Virus record (IMG/VR): IMGVR_UViG_3300033489_000019
Location: 1 to 44,042 of that record
Length of the DNA: 44,042 bases
DNA from: a virus
Taxonomy: Duplodnaviria; Caudoviricetes
Strand: one strand, 5' to 3'
The notes below the pieces were generated by a model, which was given only the letters and a program-made list of their open reading frames with translations, did not search any database and was not told the origin of the DNA. Both the position numbers and the translations under genes were made by a program. Shown in pieces: positions 18,635-29,047 of this stretch. How positions within the stretch are numbered: position 1 is the stretch's first letter; every line of letters starts with the position of its first letter.

Positions 18635-19051
18635 ATGGCAGTACAAAACGGAGATGTAGCATATGTACAATATGCAGGAGCAACGGTAGCTGAATTGGGA
18701 ACATGGGAAGTAAGCGGATTGACAAACGAAACAATTGAGGACGGCCCGCATTTTGGCGGAAAGATTAAAAAGTTTGTAGCAGGCGCGCAAGACCCCGGAA
18801 CTATTTCGTTCTCTGGTGATTACGATCCTGCTGATACAAACGGTCAGGTAGCTTTAATTGCCGCCGCAAAAGCACAGACATTAATGACGACATTATATTT
18901 TTATGTCAACGCAACGCAATATTGGGCTGTTGATTCTGGCGGGTCGATTATGTTAACTGCCGCGCCACAGCTAAAGGTGTCAGCGAACGGTCTTGGTAAA
19001 ATATCTTTTACCGGAAAAGTAAACGCGACAAATATGTCATTAATCGGTTAA
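18635..19051 (+). CDS. Major tail tube protein
   Basis: DPGTISFSGDYDPADTNGQ; position before the chaperone. Confidence 0.8.
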   Translation: MAVQNGDVAYVQYAGATVAELGTWEVSGLTNETIEDGPHFGGKIKKFVAGAQDPGTISFSGDYDPADTNGQVALIAAAKAQTLMTTLYFYVNATQYWAVDSGGSIMLTAAPQLKVSANGLGKISFTGKVNATNMSLIG

Positions 19052-19076
19052 TTAAAAAGAAAGGAGTTGTTTTTAT

Positions 19077-19475
19077 ATGGCTTTTATAAACCTTGAGAAT
19101 GAAGGTACTTGGTTTGACTACGGTGACGGTAAAGTCAAATTAAGGAATCCTACGCTTGAAAAGTTAAAAGAATTGAGAGAAAAAACCACAAAGACAAAAG
19201 TAGAATTTAAAAGGGTTGATAATATCCCTTCACGTTTTACTTCTGATGATGTGAACGATTCTTTGTGGAGTGAAATGTTTTGGGATTATTGTATTATGGA
19301 ATGGAAAGGTTTATGTTCTGATCGTGAATGTAAAATTCAGATTCCGTGTACAAAAGAAAAGAAATTGGAATTGATGTATAAATCAACTCCATTTTCTTTG
19401 TTCGTAAATGAAAAATTAAAAGAACTGGCTGATTTAGAAAAAGCCGATAGTGAGAGTGCAAGAAAAAACTCGTAA
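19077..19475 (+). CDS. Tail assembly chaperone (G-like)
   Basis: Position; ends in the slippery A AAA AAC. Confidence 0.8.
   Translation: MAFINLENEGTWFDYGDGKVKLRNPTLEKLKELREKTTKTKVEFKRVDNIPSRFTSDDVNDSLWSEMFWDYCIMEWKGLCSDRECKIQIPCTKEKKLELMYKSTPFSLFVNEKLKELADLEKADSESARKNS
19463..19469 (+). other. Programmed -1 frameshift site
   Basis: A-AAA-AAC; the -1 frame (CTC GTA AGG GCT TTG) continues into the 19481-19786 ORF. Confidence 0.8.
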
Positions 19476-19480
19476 GGGCT

Positions 19481-19786
19481 TTGCAATGGAGCGATAACGA
19501 AGCCCATGACTGCGAAAAAGGATGTAAGCGGTTATGGGAGAAAAGAGGCAAGGAAAGACCATGTGCAACTTGCAAGCCCGAACACATTGAGGCGAATGAC
19601 GAGATTATAAAGATTTTTAAGATCGTCAGGAATCAGTTAATTATCGGTTTTGATACGACAATAGATTTAAACCATTTAGCAATCTGGAAAGCATTAGAAA
19701 AGTATCAGATTGAAAATGAGGTAGAAGTATTTGAAAAGATTATCTGGCTCTGGCACGAATTGAAGAATCTTAAAAAGGACGGATAA
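19481..19786 (+). CDS. Tail chaperone frameshift extension (T-like)
   Basis: No RBS; in the -1 frame of the upstream gene. Confidence 0.7.
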   Translation: MQWSDNEAHDCEKGCKRLWEKRGKERPCATCKPEHIEANDEIIKIFKIVRNQLIIGFDTTIDLNHLAIWKALEKYQIENEVEVFEKIIWLWHELKNLKKDG

Positions 19787-20232
19787 TGCGGGTAGCTAAT
19801 TGGAATATTAAAGAGGCATTGGTCGATGAAAAAGATAGGGTTATTCAGAATGGGAATAACCTTATGGATGAAGTCGTTCAAAATGCAAAGGCATTATGCC
19901 CGGTTGGTAAATGGACACGAGAAGGGAAATTTGTTACCGCAAAAGTTAAATTTGTTAGAAGTAGGGGCAAAGGTAATTATGGAAAAGGAACTATAGCGGA
20001 ATTTGAGGCTTCCCGTTGGACGGGCAGGCAGCCGGGGACTTTAAGAGAAACGATAAGAAGAAAAACAATCGGGGGGAGTGTCAGGGTTTATGCTGGTAAT
20101 TTTAAGGTCTATTATAGCCTGTGGGTTGAACGTGGGTCTGTTCATAATGTTGCTAAACCTTTTTTAAGACCTTCCTTTTTTGCGGTGAAGCAGGTTGTTG
20201 TTGATAAGTTAACGAATGGGGGGAAAGTATAA
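19786..20232 (+). CDS. HK97 gp10-family tail component
   Basis: AKALCPVG...GTLRETI...VERGS...AKPFLRP. Confidence 0.85.
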   Translation: MRVANWNIKEALVDEKDRVIQNGNNLMDEVVQNAKALCPVGKWTREGKFVTAKVKFVRSRGKGNYGKGTIAEFEASRWTGRQPGTLRETIRRKTIGGSVRVYAGNFKVYYSLWVERGSVHNVAKPFLRPSFFAVKQVVVDKLTNGGKV

Positions 20233-23189
20233 TGGCAAGAGGACAAGGAACGATTTTTGTAGAGCTTGATATTGACGCTACTAAATTCGTTTCTATGGAT
20301 TCTGAAATCAGAAGACGTGGCGGTGAAACTGCTGTCAGTGTAGAAACTGCATGGCGTGCATTAGGCTCAAAATCCGCTATGGTATTTGATTTGCAAAGGC
20401 AGGCGGCGGAGAAGGCATTTGACTTTATTAAACGGTCAGCTTTATCAACATCTCAAGATATTGTCCGGGCTGAACAATTAAAAAATCAGACATTGCAGAA
20501 TCTAAATAAAGAAATGATAGGAAGTGCCGGAGGTGTTCAATCCGCATTTTCTCAAATGTTCGGGGCGTTTACGCTTGCTAATGTTGCCGCAATGGAAATA
20601 AGAAAATTAGCATATGAGGTCAAACAGTTTTTTGTTGATGGTTTTAATGCAGTTGAAAATTTTCGTGTTTCTACCGCTTCATTGGCTTCAACTATTACTA
20701 CTTTTGCAAAAGGGTCACAATCTGATTTACCCGGGACATATAAACTTGCTTATGAATATGCGAGTGCCTTAGTATATAAATTAGAAGAATGGGACGCTAA
20801 AACGCTTGCCACAGGCGAAGATCTGCGGGCTATGGTTGAAACTATGGCACAGTCTGGGGTTGTACTTGATATTAATAATAAAAAACAAGAAGAGGGCTTT
20901 ATAGCTATCTCAAATGCGGTAGCTTTATTAACGCAGGGGCAAAACCATTTAGTCCAATTCAGACAGGAAATAAGAGGTTTAATGGATGGTTCGATAAGGG
21001 ACACTAATCGGCTTGCTGTTTTATTGGATAAGGTTGTGGGTGGTAATCTTGACGCGAATTTAAAGAAATGGAAAGAAGAGGGTACTTTAATTGAAAACAC
21101 TGGGGCGTTATTGAAAGGATTTGCCGCTGGACAGAAGGATATAGAAAATACATGGCTTGCGGTTAAATCTACACTTGAAACAATGTATCATCGTGTTTTG
21201 AGAGGAATGTTTGAGCCTATGTATAATGATATTATCGGTTGGGGTAAAGAAATATCCCTTAATATAATGGAACAAAAAGACCAAACTGATAGTCTTGCAA
21301 ATAATTTGAAAACTGGTATGTACAAAGGTTGGGAAGATATTAAAAATATAGTGCAAACTACTTTGAATTTAATGCAACCGCTTATTGACTCTTTGGGTGT
21401 TTTGGGAAGATTAACCGGAGTTATTTTGGACGGATGGGGATATATTTTTGCGGCTGTATCTGCATTTTCGGAGAAAATGGCGGGGACGTATGACGCTATA
21501 AAAAATCTTTTTAAAACCGGGGATATTGTAAATTTTCATAAAACTATGTTAGAGAATAATAAAGATACAGCAGAAAAAATGATTCAGAATATGGAAAAAT
21601 ATCAACAGAAATTAGCAGGTAAAGATGTATCTAATGCGAAAGTTCCTGAAATGAATAAAGGTGGCATAGATGATGAATCTATGAAAAAAGCGTTTAAATC
21701 TATGGGGGATTCGGCAAAAGATACTTATAATTTAATTGTTAAGGAAGCACAATTTGCGGCAGAAGAACAAAGACGTTCGGGGGAATATGAAAAAACGGTT
21801 TTTGAATCGTTGTGGAATAAAAAAAGGGATGCGGCAATTGATTATTATAATATCAGTGCTGAAAATATACAAAAGAATATAAAAGGCGAAACTGAGAAAA
21901 CAGACGCAATGAAGAAACTTGATAATGAATATTCTATGCAACTCGAAAAGGATATGGCAGAACGGTCTAAAAATTGGGATAGTTTTGGCGATAAGAAACT
22001 TACGATTGAGGCAAATTTGAATAAGACTATAAATTCTCTATCTACTCAATCCCATGAAAAGGAAGTGGATTTATTGGTTAAAAAATATGAGGAATATGGA
22101 CGATATATTAATGATAAAAAGTTATTGGAAGAGGGTTTTAATGCTGAATTAAATTCTCTTATGCAAAAACAATTATCAGACATGAAATCTTTTTATGCTG
22201 GGTATGATGAAGGAATACAAAAAGAAAGAACGGCATTGAATGCAATTATTGAATTAAAAAGAAAAGAATACGAAATTATTTATGGTAAAGTCGAAGCTGA
22301 TAAATGGGCTAATGACCAAATATTGGACGCTGATTTAAAAATGTGGGAAAAAAGATTGTCCAATGCGGAAAAATTTACATCTGCAATGGTATCTTTGGCA
22401 GACGGCTTAATGGAAATGCAAGACCGCCGGAACCGTGCGGAATTAAAAGCGTTTGAAAAACAACAAAAAGAAGGAAAAAAGACTTTTGACCAAACTCAAA
22501 AGGAATTGCAGAAAGAAGAAAATACAAGGGCTTCTGATTTTGCGAAAGAACAGGAAAGAAGACAACGTGAATTTGAAGACCAAGGCAAACATACACAGGC
22601 ACAAATAACGGCGTTTAATCGTGAACAGCAAGATAGAGTCACGGCTTTTAATACTGAAAAGGGCATTAGGGATGAAACGAATGCACAGGCTCAACAAGAT
22701 TTTGCGGATAAACAGGCAAGGGAAGATGAGGCAAAGAGGGCGGAATTGAGTAGGGCAACGGATTTATTCTATTTCCAAAAGCGGGCAATGGAGGCACAGG
22801 CGATAGTGCAAACAGCTTTAGCGGTAATGTCAACCCTTGGATTTTTTGGAGGCACGCCTTGGGGATGGGCGGCGGCGGGTATGGTAGCGGCGGCAGGCGC
22901 TGTCCAAATAGCGAACATTGAAGCTCAACAACCGCCTTCTTACGATTCCGGCGGTATCTCAAATGCAAAAGGCATATACCAGACGGGCGATATTCAGGAA
23001 GCTCATGTTCCGATCCCGAATGGCAGTATCCCGGTTGTAATTACTAACAATAATACGACTAATTCCAGCAATAATGAATTTAGACCGGTAATTCAGGTTT
23101 TTATAGATAGCAGAGAAATCAAAGCGATGATAAAATATGATTCAACGCATGGCGGAACAAAATTTATTAACAAAAGGAGTCTTATCTAA
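20232..23189 (+). CDS. Tape measure protein
   Basis: 985 aa helical/coiled-coil, GTIFVELD start, C-terminal AAGAVQIANI. Confidence 0.9.
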   Translation: MARGQGTIFVELDIDATKFVSMDSEIRRRGGETAVSVETAWRALGSKSAMVFDLQRQAAEKAFDFIKRSALSTSQDIVRAEQLKNQTLQNLNKEMIGSAGGVQSAFSQMFGAFTLANVAAMEIRKLAYEVKQFFVDGFNAVENFRVSTASLASTITTFAKGSQSDLPGTYKLAYEYASALVYKLEEWDAKTLATGEDLRAMVETMAQSGVVLDINNKKQEEGFIAISNAVALLTQGQNHLVQFRQEIRGLMDGSIRDTNRLAVLLDKVVGGNLDANLKKWKEEGTLIENTGALLKGFAAGQKDIENTWLAVKSTLETMYHRVLRGMFEPMYNDIIGWGKEISLNIMEQKDQTDSLANNLKTGMYKGWEDIKNIVQTTLNLMQPLIDSLGVLGRLTGVILDGWGYIFAAVSAFSEKMAGTYDAIKNLFKTGDIVNFHKTMLENNKDTAEKMIQNMEKYQQKLAGKDVSNAKVPEMNKGGIDDESMKKAFKSMGDSAKDTYNLIVKEAQFAAEEQRRSGEYEKTVFESLWNKKRDAAIDYYNISAENIQKNIKGETEKTDAMKKLDNEYSMQLEKDMAERSKNWDSFGDKKLTIEANLNKTINSLSTQSHEKEVDLLVKKYEEYGRYINDKKLLEEGFNAELNSLMQKQLSDMKSFYAGYDEGIQKERTALNAIIELKRKEYEIIYGKVEADKWANDQILDADLKMWEKRLSNAEKFTSAMVSLADGLMEMQDRRNRAELKAFEKQQKEGKKTFDQTQKELQKEENTRASDFAKEQERRQREFEDQGKHTQAQITAFNREQQDRVTAFNTEKGIRDETNAQAQQDFADKQAREDEAKRAELSRATDLFYFQKRAMEAQAIVQTALAVMSTLGFFGGTPWGWAAAGMVAAAGAVQIANIEAQQPPSYDSGGISNAKGIYQTGDIQEAHVPIPNGSIPVVITNNNTTNSSNNEFRPVIQVFIDSREIKAMIKYDSTHGGTKFINKRSLI

Positions 23190-24001
23190 TGTCGGTAGTA
23201 AGATTAGGTTTTAATGATTTAGTGGAAGGTGCGGATATAACAGCTTCTGATGAAGTTGCTACCCTGCCATTTGAGAATCTTAAGGGTTCTCAACTTGGAT
23301 GTAAGGGCCGTTCAACAACGACTGACATTACTCTTGATTTTGATTTAGGGGCGGCTTATGCGGTCACAGGGCTGTTTATATCCGCTCATAATATATCAAG
23401 CTCGGTAACGGTATTAAAATGGCAGAATAAAGCACTTGTGGGCGATTCTTACGCAGATTATGTGAATCTGCTTGACCCTGTGGGTAATGCTTCTTATAAT
23501 GCCTATGATAGTAAACAAATTATCTGGTATCCGGCTCCGGGTAGCAAACGATATTGGCGTTTGGTTATTACGGACGCTAGCAATATTGATGGATATATTG
23601 AAATAGGGGCAGTGAGAATATTCTCATACTATGAACCGTCAAAAGGCGCGGCCCGAGGGATAAGTATTTCGCGCAAAGATTTATCTGAAATTCAAAATGG
23701 ATTGAATGGGTCAAAGTACGCGAATGTAAAATCAAAACAATGGATATTCGGTATTGCATTAAACAATATCCCTTCGGATCCCGCCGGTACTGATGATTTA
23801 CAGTCTTTAATGGATATGTTTGACATAATCGGAAGTACAAAAGATATTGTTGTTTCAATTGATCCTTATGCAGACGGTTCTTATCCGTATAAAAACTTAA
23901 AAAAATTGACTTTGTATGGCTCATTATCGAAAGATTTTGGGGCAAAAGATGTTACAGTTGACATGTATAATATGTCATATACATTTGAGGAAGCATTATG
24001 A
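23189..24001 (+). CDS. Distal tail protein-like
   Basis: Follows TMP; RYWRLVITD...GYIEIG. Confidence 0.6.
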   Translation: MSVVRLGFNDLVEGADITASDEVATLPFENLKGSQLGCKGRSTTTDITLDFDLGAAYAVTGLFISAHNISSSVTVLKWQNKALVGDSYADYVNLLDPVGNASYNAYDSKQIIWYPAPGSKRYWRLVITDASNIDGYIEIGAVRIFSYYEPSKGAARGISISRKDLSEIQNGLNGSKYANVKSKQWIFGIALNNIPSDPAGTDDLQSLMDMFDIIGSTKDIVVSIDPYADGSYPYKNLKKLTLYGSLSKDFGAKDVTVDMYNMSYTFEEAL

Positions 24002-24459
24002 GCGTGAAAGCAAAAGTAATAAATTTATGGAATATTGTTAAAATAACGTGGGCGAGTGATGAGCCTGCTGGAACTGAAATTGATACCACTACCGGCGGAG
24101 ATAAAACAGTAACCGTTGGCGTGGGTACGTCAATGTCTTCACTTACAGAAAAAGAGATCACAAACGGTCAGGATTTATCTGGTGATACTGATTTTCAAGG
24201 TAAAAAGTTTTTGCAGATAAAAGCAACTTTAAGAATTTTATCTGGTGGAACATCTCCTACATTAAGAGGATTATTTGTTAAGGCTTATGAAACTTTAGCA
24301 TCATGGTTGAGCCGTCCTGCAAGCCATAAAATCATATTGGCGGAAATTGTAGTTAGTGAGGAATTGTCTGGCGGTTGGACATCGTATGGCGGATATATGT
24401 CAATGGAAGATTCTGGAAGCATTTTGACCGAAGATGGGGCTAAAATAGTTTTAGAATAA
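23998..24459 (+). CDS. Tail-region protein, apparently composite
   Basis: LQIKATL...SPTL segment followed by an ILTEDG..IVLE tail. Confidence 0.55.
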   Translation: MSVKAKVINLWNIVKITWASDEPAGTEIDTTTGGDKTVTVGVGTSMSSLTEKEITNGQDLSGDTDFQGKKFLQIKATLRILSGGTSPTLRGLFVKAYETLASWLSRPASHKIILAEIVVSEELSGGWTSYGGYMSMEDSGSILTEDGAKIVLE

Positions 24460-24474
24460 AAGGAGATTTATTTT

Positions 24475-25311
24475 ATGAAAAGATTTTACTTTAGGATATT
24501 AGGGTTTATTGCGGGTATATTTTTATTATTATATGCACAATCATATTTAATGAATTTCGCTGAAGCCGTTGACACTAAAATATCAGCAATGTCAAGTTTA
24601 GCCACACCAACTGATTCTACGGTGATACCAGTAGTTTTAGGCGGCGCAAATTATAAATTATCATGGTCAGCCACTAAGGCTACTTTGCAACAATATTTTA
24701 ACACTGTTTATGTTGGTTATTCTTATATTGGGGAAATAGATACTGGATATTTATATGGTACAACTTTTAATGCTAATAAATATAAATATGATTCTTCATA
24801 TTATTGGGATACTTTGTATATTTTAAAATGGGATACTTCTTATTTATGGGCAACAGATTATGCGGCAAATAAATTAAGTTTTTTAACTACCGATATTGAC
24901 ACCGCATATACTTCATTATCAATCTTTTATGATTCTTTAACTCAAAAAGTTGATACTTCCTATATCCCTTTTATTGATTCTTCAAATTACTGGTCAACAA
25001 CTTTTGCGGGCAATAAAACTGCTTACGATAGTGCAGTAAATTGGGGAGATCATGCGTTAATAGGATATTTAACGGATGATATTGACACCGCATATTTATC
25101 TGTATCAGTATTTGAAACCGCTATTGCAAGTAAATCAGATACAAGTCATAACCATGATACTACATATTCAAAATCAAAAATATATTATGATAGTGTTGCC
25201 CCTGAAACAGCCCCTTTGCAAATTGGGGATTTTTGGAGAGATACGACTTTAAGCAAAGTTTACTTTGGATTTGATACAACTGATTCAACAAGTTGGTTAT
25301 TATTAAATTAA
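24475..25311 (+). CDS. Signal-peptide/anchor protein rich in D-[S/T], fibre-like
   Basis: N-terminal hydrophobic segment ending AEA/V; DTKIS motif; internal DIDTAY repeat. Confidence 0.7.
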   Translation: MKRFYFRILGFIAGIFLLLYAQSYLMNFAEAVDTKISAMSSLATPTDSTVIPVVLGGANYKLSWSATKATLQQYFNTVYVGYSYIGEIDTGYLYGTTFNANKYKYDSSYYWDTLYILKWDTSYLWATDYAANKLSFLTTDIDTAYTSLSIFYDSLTQKVDTSYIPFIDSSNYWSTTFAGNKTAYDSAVNWGDHALIGYLTDDIDTAYLSVSVFETAIASKSDTSHNHDTTYSKSKIYYDSVAPETAPLQIGDFWRDTTLSKVYFGFDTTDSTSWLLLN

Positions 25312-25314
25312 ATT

Positions 25315-27360
25315 ATGAGTAATGTATATCAAAAAAATTATTTAAACGAAACTGTAACTTTGCGAGACGGCAAAGATTATACGTTTTTTAAAGTTATTAC
25401 GGCTTTAAAAGAGGATGGGGTAGAATTAACTTTGCAGTCAAGCATTGTAACAGTCGAAGCGGATCCCGGCAGTTGGTGGCAAGATACCGCAACAGGATTA
25501 TTATATATCCATTGTTCCGATGGTTTAAGTCCGGATGCTCATAATATCATAGCAAAATTCTGCTTTTATTGCGCTTCTGAAAATATTATATTTAATAATC
25601 GATTTTATGAAGGCAGGATTGCAGATATATCAAGTATTTCAAATAGCACTGGCATACTTCCAGAAATGATAGAAACGGAAGGAGGGGATATATCATTAAA
25701 TAACGCCGATGGTTTTTTTGACACACTTTCAGAAAAATTTATTTGGGAAAAATCCGAGTTATCAATTAAATATGGTTCTGATTTAATGGCATACACTGAT
25801 TTTATGCAATTTCTTGGTTGGAAGATTGAAAATAAAGGTTGGGAAGAAAATAATTTTAAAATAAATTTTTTTAGTGTAAAAAAAGAGTTGGAGAAAAAAA
25901 TAATTAGTGACAAATTTGATTTAACCACATACCCAAATTTGGAAGCTAATGCGTTGGATACATATATTCCGATAAGTTATGGCACGCCATTTACCTCATT
26001 GGATGAGACCCCGCTGTTGGTGTGTATAAATACTAAGAAAAATGGGGGCGTTACTGAAACAGGAACTTCAATTGCTTCGAGCGATACAACAAATTTATAT
26101 ATCACCGGAACATTACTTAATACAACAGAAAATTATTATAAGGGACATCAGGTAGAATGGAATGGACTAATCAGCAAAATAACAGCATCAAGTTATGTGG
26201 TTGAGACAGACACTCACTATATAACAATGGAAGAAATGGCAGACTTCGCCACTGATAAAGTTTTTGTTTTGCGAAAATACAACCAGCAAGAATTTTATAT
26301 TCCGGCAAGCGCATTATCAACCGTATATATCGATTACGGCGATGGTCTAGGCTGGCTTAAAATAGTTCCGACTACTGCGCTAGCCACAAACACTTTTACG
26401 CTAACTACGCATTCCGATGGGGCATTATCCGGATTTCAAGAAGGCACAACAAGGGTAAAGGCGTTGTTTACGCCGAGTGTAATTACGGATGGAAATATTT
26501 CAGACGCCGTAAAATATCTTTGCAAACTTAATACCGGGTTGAATGATGATAATTTAGATTCGCCGTCATTCGTTCAATCCGCTATCGACGCAGAGGGGGT
26601 AATACATGATTATATCAGTGATCAAATAACAGTAAAAGCGGCAATTGAGCGGGTTGTAAAATCTGTAATGTGCAGGTTTTATACCGCCTTAAATGGCAAG
26701 ATTAAATTTATTATATGGAGTCCACGGCGCACATCCGGCTATGATGAATATCAAGATTATGAATATTTATCTTTTTCTGTAAACCCGATTGATGAGATAA
26801 GTAATAAAATATCAATAGGTTATAACAAAAATTATGAGAAAAATGAATATCATTATACGACAATAACAGATACAGAAAGTATTTGGGAATATGAAGAACG
26901 TGAAATAAAAACTATCGATACTTTGCTGGTAAATAAATCGGATGCAATTGTTTTGGGGCAGAGAATACAGTTTATAATTAATCAACCGGGTCGAATTGTT
27001 TCTTTTGAAACCGCTTTACGGGGCTTACAAAAAGCTGATACTGGCGATGGCGATATTGAAAATAATATCGGCTCAAAATTATATACGACAAAAACAAAAA
27101 GTCCTAATTCTATCGCTGGCGGTATGAACGCTGTCCAATGTGAGGTTTTAGGTATTGATAGAAATTTAAAAGATGGTATAATTGGCATTAGTTGTATTGA
27201 TATTTTAGGGTTGGGGTTAGGCGTAGGCATATGGGTATCTGATGATGTAAAAAATTACGATGATCCTACAATAACGGAAGGCGAAAAAAACATTTCTGGG
27301 TTTTGGACAGATGATTTTGGAAAAGTGGGTGGGGTGGAAGTAGATAGTTATTGGTGGTAA
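25315..27360 (+). CDS. Tail tip / hub protein
   Basis: 681 aa, ISLNNADGFFD, IPISYG; position. Confidence 0.65.
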   Translation: MSNVYQKNYLNETVTLRDGKDYTFFKVITALKEDGVELTLQSSIVTVEADPGSWWQDTATGLLYIHCSDGLSPDAHNIIAKFCFYCASENIIFNNRFYEGRIADISSISNSTGILPEMIETEGGDISLNNADGFFDTLSEKFIWEKSELSIKYGSDLMAYTDFMQFLGWKIENKGWEENNFKINFFSVKKELEKKIISDKFDLTTYPNLEANALDTYIPISYGTPFTSLDETPLLVCINTKKNGGVTETGTSIASSDTTNLYITGTLLNTTENYYKGHQVEWNGLISKITASSYVVETDTHYITMEEMADFATDKVFVLRKYNQQEFYIPASALSTVYIDYGDGLGWLKIVPTTALATNTFTLTTHSDGALSGFQEGTTRVKALFTPSVITDGNISDAVKYLCKLNTGLNDDNLDSPSFVQSAIDAEGVIHDYISDQITVKAAIERVVKSVMCRFYTALNGKIKFIIWSPRRTSGYDEYQDYEYLSFSVNPIDEISNKISIGYNKNYEKNEYHYTTITDTESIWEYEEREIKTIDTLLVNKSDAIVLGQRIQFIINQPGRIVSFETALRGLQKADTGDGDIENNIGSKLYTTKTKSPNSIAGGMNAVQCEVLGIDRNLKDGIIGISCIDILGLGLGVGIWVSDDVKNYDDPTITEGEKNISGFWTDDFGKVGGVEVDSYWW

Positions 27361-27379
27361 TAAAAAGAAAGGAAATAAA

Positions 27380-27661
27380 ATGGAACGTAAAATATTAGGT
27401 GATGTAAAAGATTTAATAAAAAATAAGAACGTTTTTCACAGAGTTGGTGGTGGTGGAGACAAATGGTTTTTAAAATTAGATAATGGGACTTATGCAGTTT
27501 TACCAATAGCCGAATGTTGCCCAATTGAGATACTTACTTATGAAGAATTTGAGAAGGATAGGGAAGAGTTTAAACACGTAATAACATCCGAAACTTCAAA
27601 AGTTTTGCAAGAATTAGAAAAAAGAAAGCAATTACTAGATACTTTTGATAAGGAGATATAA
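27380..27661 (+). CDS. Hypothetical protein
   Basis: AAGGA RBS, 93 aa. Confidence 0.65.
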   Translation: MERKILGDVKDLIKNKNVFHRVGGGGDKWFLKLDNGTYAVLPIAECCPIEILTYEEFEKDREEFKHVITSETSKVLQELEKRKQLLDTFDKEI

Positions 27662-28296
27662 TGTCATTTACATCAAGTAATCCAGTTTCAATTGGAGAAG
27701 CCACAAAAAAATCACATTATGACAATGTTTTCGACAATACTAAGTACAACAAGGATAGGATCAATGGAGATGATGCTGAAGGATCAGGTGTTGCAGGTCA
27801 TTTCCATGAAGGTGGTGCAAATGGAGTAGCCTTAAGATGGTTTTACTCGATGGAAAACACAGGAACAACAATAGATGGATCAAGCCTTGCTAATTTAGAA
27901 ACAAGAAATTATTCTGATTTGCAGTCTATCCCTACGGAATTTAATCCAACAGCAGCATCACAAGCTTTAAAAGCCAATATAGCTTCTCCTACTATAGATA
28001 ATCCAACCTTTACAAATTTAGTACTTGATAACGCCGGCTCTGTTACTGGGCAGGCTTTACGTACATACTCTGTGACCGTCAACGTTACAGGTAGTAATAT
28101 CTCTGGGACAAGTGCACCCGAGTCTCAATTTATTGGGGCAAAAATATTAGGGTTCTACCCTGTATCTGGTTTTTCAAATTATCCAGATACTGAAACAATT
28201 ATTGGAGTAACTCTTAATGGTGATGGGAGTGTAACAGTTACACTTTCAAAAACCAGTAGTACAGCGGTTATTAAAGTAATACTGGCTTATAATTAG
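27661..28296 (+). CDS. Tail fibre-like protein
   Basis: Ser/Thr/Gly-rich, KANIASPT motif. Confidence 0.55.
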   Translation: MSFTSSNPVSIGEATKKSHYDNVFDNTKYNKDRINGDDAEGSGVAGHFHEGGANGVALRWFYSMENTGTTIDGSSLANLETRNYSDLQSIPTEFNPTAASQALKANIASPTIDNPTFTNLVLDNAGSVTGQALRTYSVTVNVTGSNISGTSAPESQFIGAKILGFYPVSGFSNYPDTETIIGVTLNGDGSVTVTLSKTSSTAVIKVILAYN

Positions 28297-28316
28297 AAAG
28301 CCAGAAAGGAGAAAAT

Positions 28317-28781
28317 GTGGTTCAAACTGGGGATATAGTTTTTATAAAAAATACAAGCTGGATAAGCAAACTGATTGTATGGTGGGCAGGTTTGTGGTCA
28401 CATAATATGGGTATTATAAATTATGACAGAGAAATAGTTGAAGCCACAATACCACGAGTAAGAAAAGCTAATTTATCAATTTACAAAGGGTTACAGTATG
28501 CGATTCTTACAACCAAAACACCATTGACAGATGAAGAAAAATCTATTTTGGTAAAGTTTTGGACAAGTAAAATTGGGGTATGGTATGATTGGCGGGGTAT
28601 ATTATCTTTTCCTTTACGAAGGAATATTGGCAATAAGAATTATTTTTTCTGTTCTGAATTAATAATTGAGGGATATAGATTGATTGGGAGAGAGTTACTA
28701 AGAAGTGAAACAAGCTGGGTAACGCCAGCTGATTTATATAAATCAACAGAACTAAAAATCATAGAGGAAGGAATATTATAA
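28317..28781 (+). CDS. Permuted papain-like NlpC/P60 protein (YiiX/YebB-like)
   Basis: GDIVF...WSH...EA...YDW...FCSELI...TPADL (His before Cys). Confidence 0.8.
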   Translation: MVQTGDIVFIKNTSWISKLIVWWAGLWSHNMGIINYDREIVEATIPRVRKANLSIYKGLQYAILTTKTPLTDEEKSILVKFWTSKIGVWYDWRGILSFPLRRNIGNKNYFFCSELIIEGYRLIGRELLRSETSWVTPADLYKSTELKIIEEGIL

Positions 28782-28792
28782 GGAGATAAATT

Positions 28793-29038
28793 ATGGCAAT
28801 AACATGGAAAATAAAAAAGGTAGTAGAAATACCAGGTAAAAACAAGTCGATAGTAACAGTGCAGGAAATGTTATCAGCGACTGGAGAAGGGCAAACTTTT
28901 AAAGTGCTTGTTGCCAGCAATGCTCCGGGAAAAGATATTATTGATACTCTTGTTCAGGGTGTTAAAAATAAAAAATCAAAAGTGAAAAAAATAAAAGACA
29001 TAGTATTACCTGCCAATTTTGGTATATTGGTAGGATAA
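28793..29038 (+). CDS. Hypothetical protein
   Basis: AAGGAG RBS. Confidence 0.65.
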   Translation: MAITWKIKKVVEIPGKNKSIVTVQEMLSATGEGQTFKVLVASNAPGKDIIDTLVQGVKNKKSKVKKIKDIVLPANFGILVG

Positions 29039-29047
29039 AGGAGGTAT

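Noticed and set aside
20750-22968. Several minus-strand ORFs inside the tape measure gene
   Set aside because: Antisense shadows of a long coding gene.
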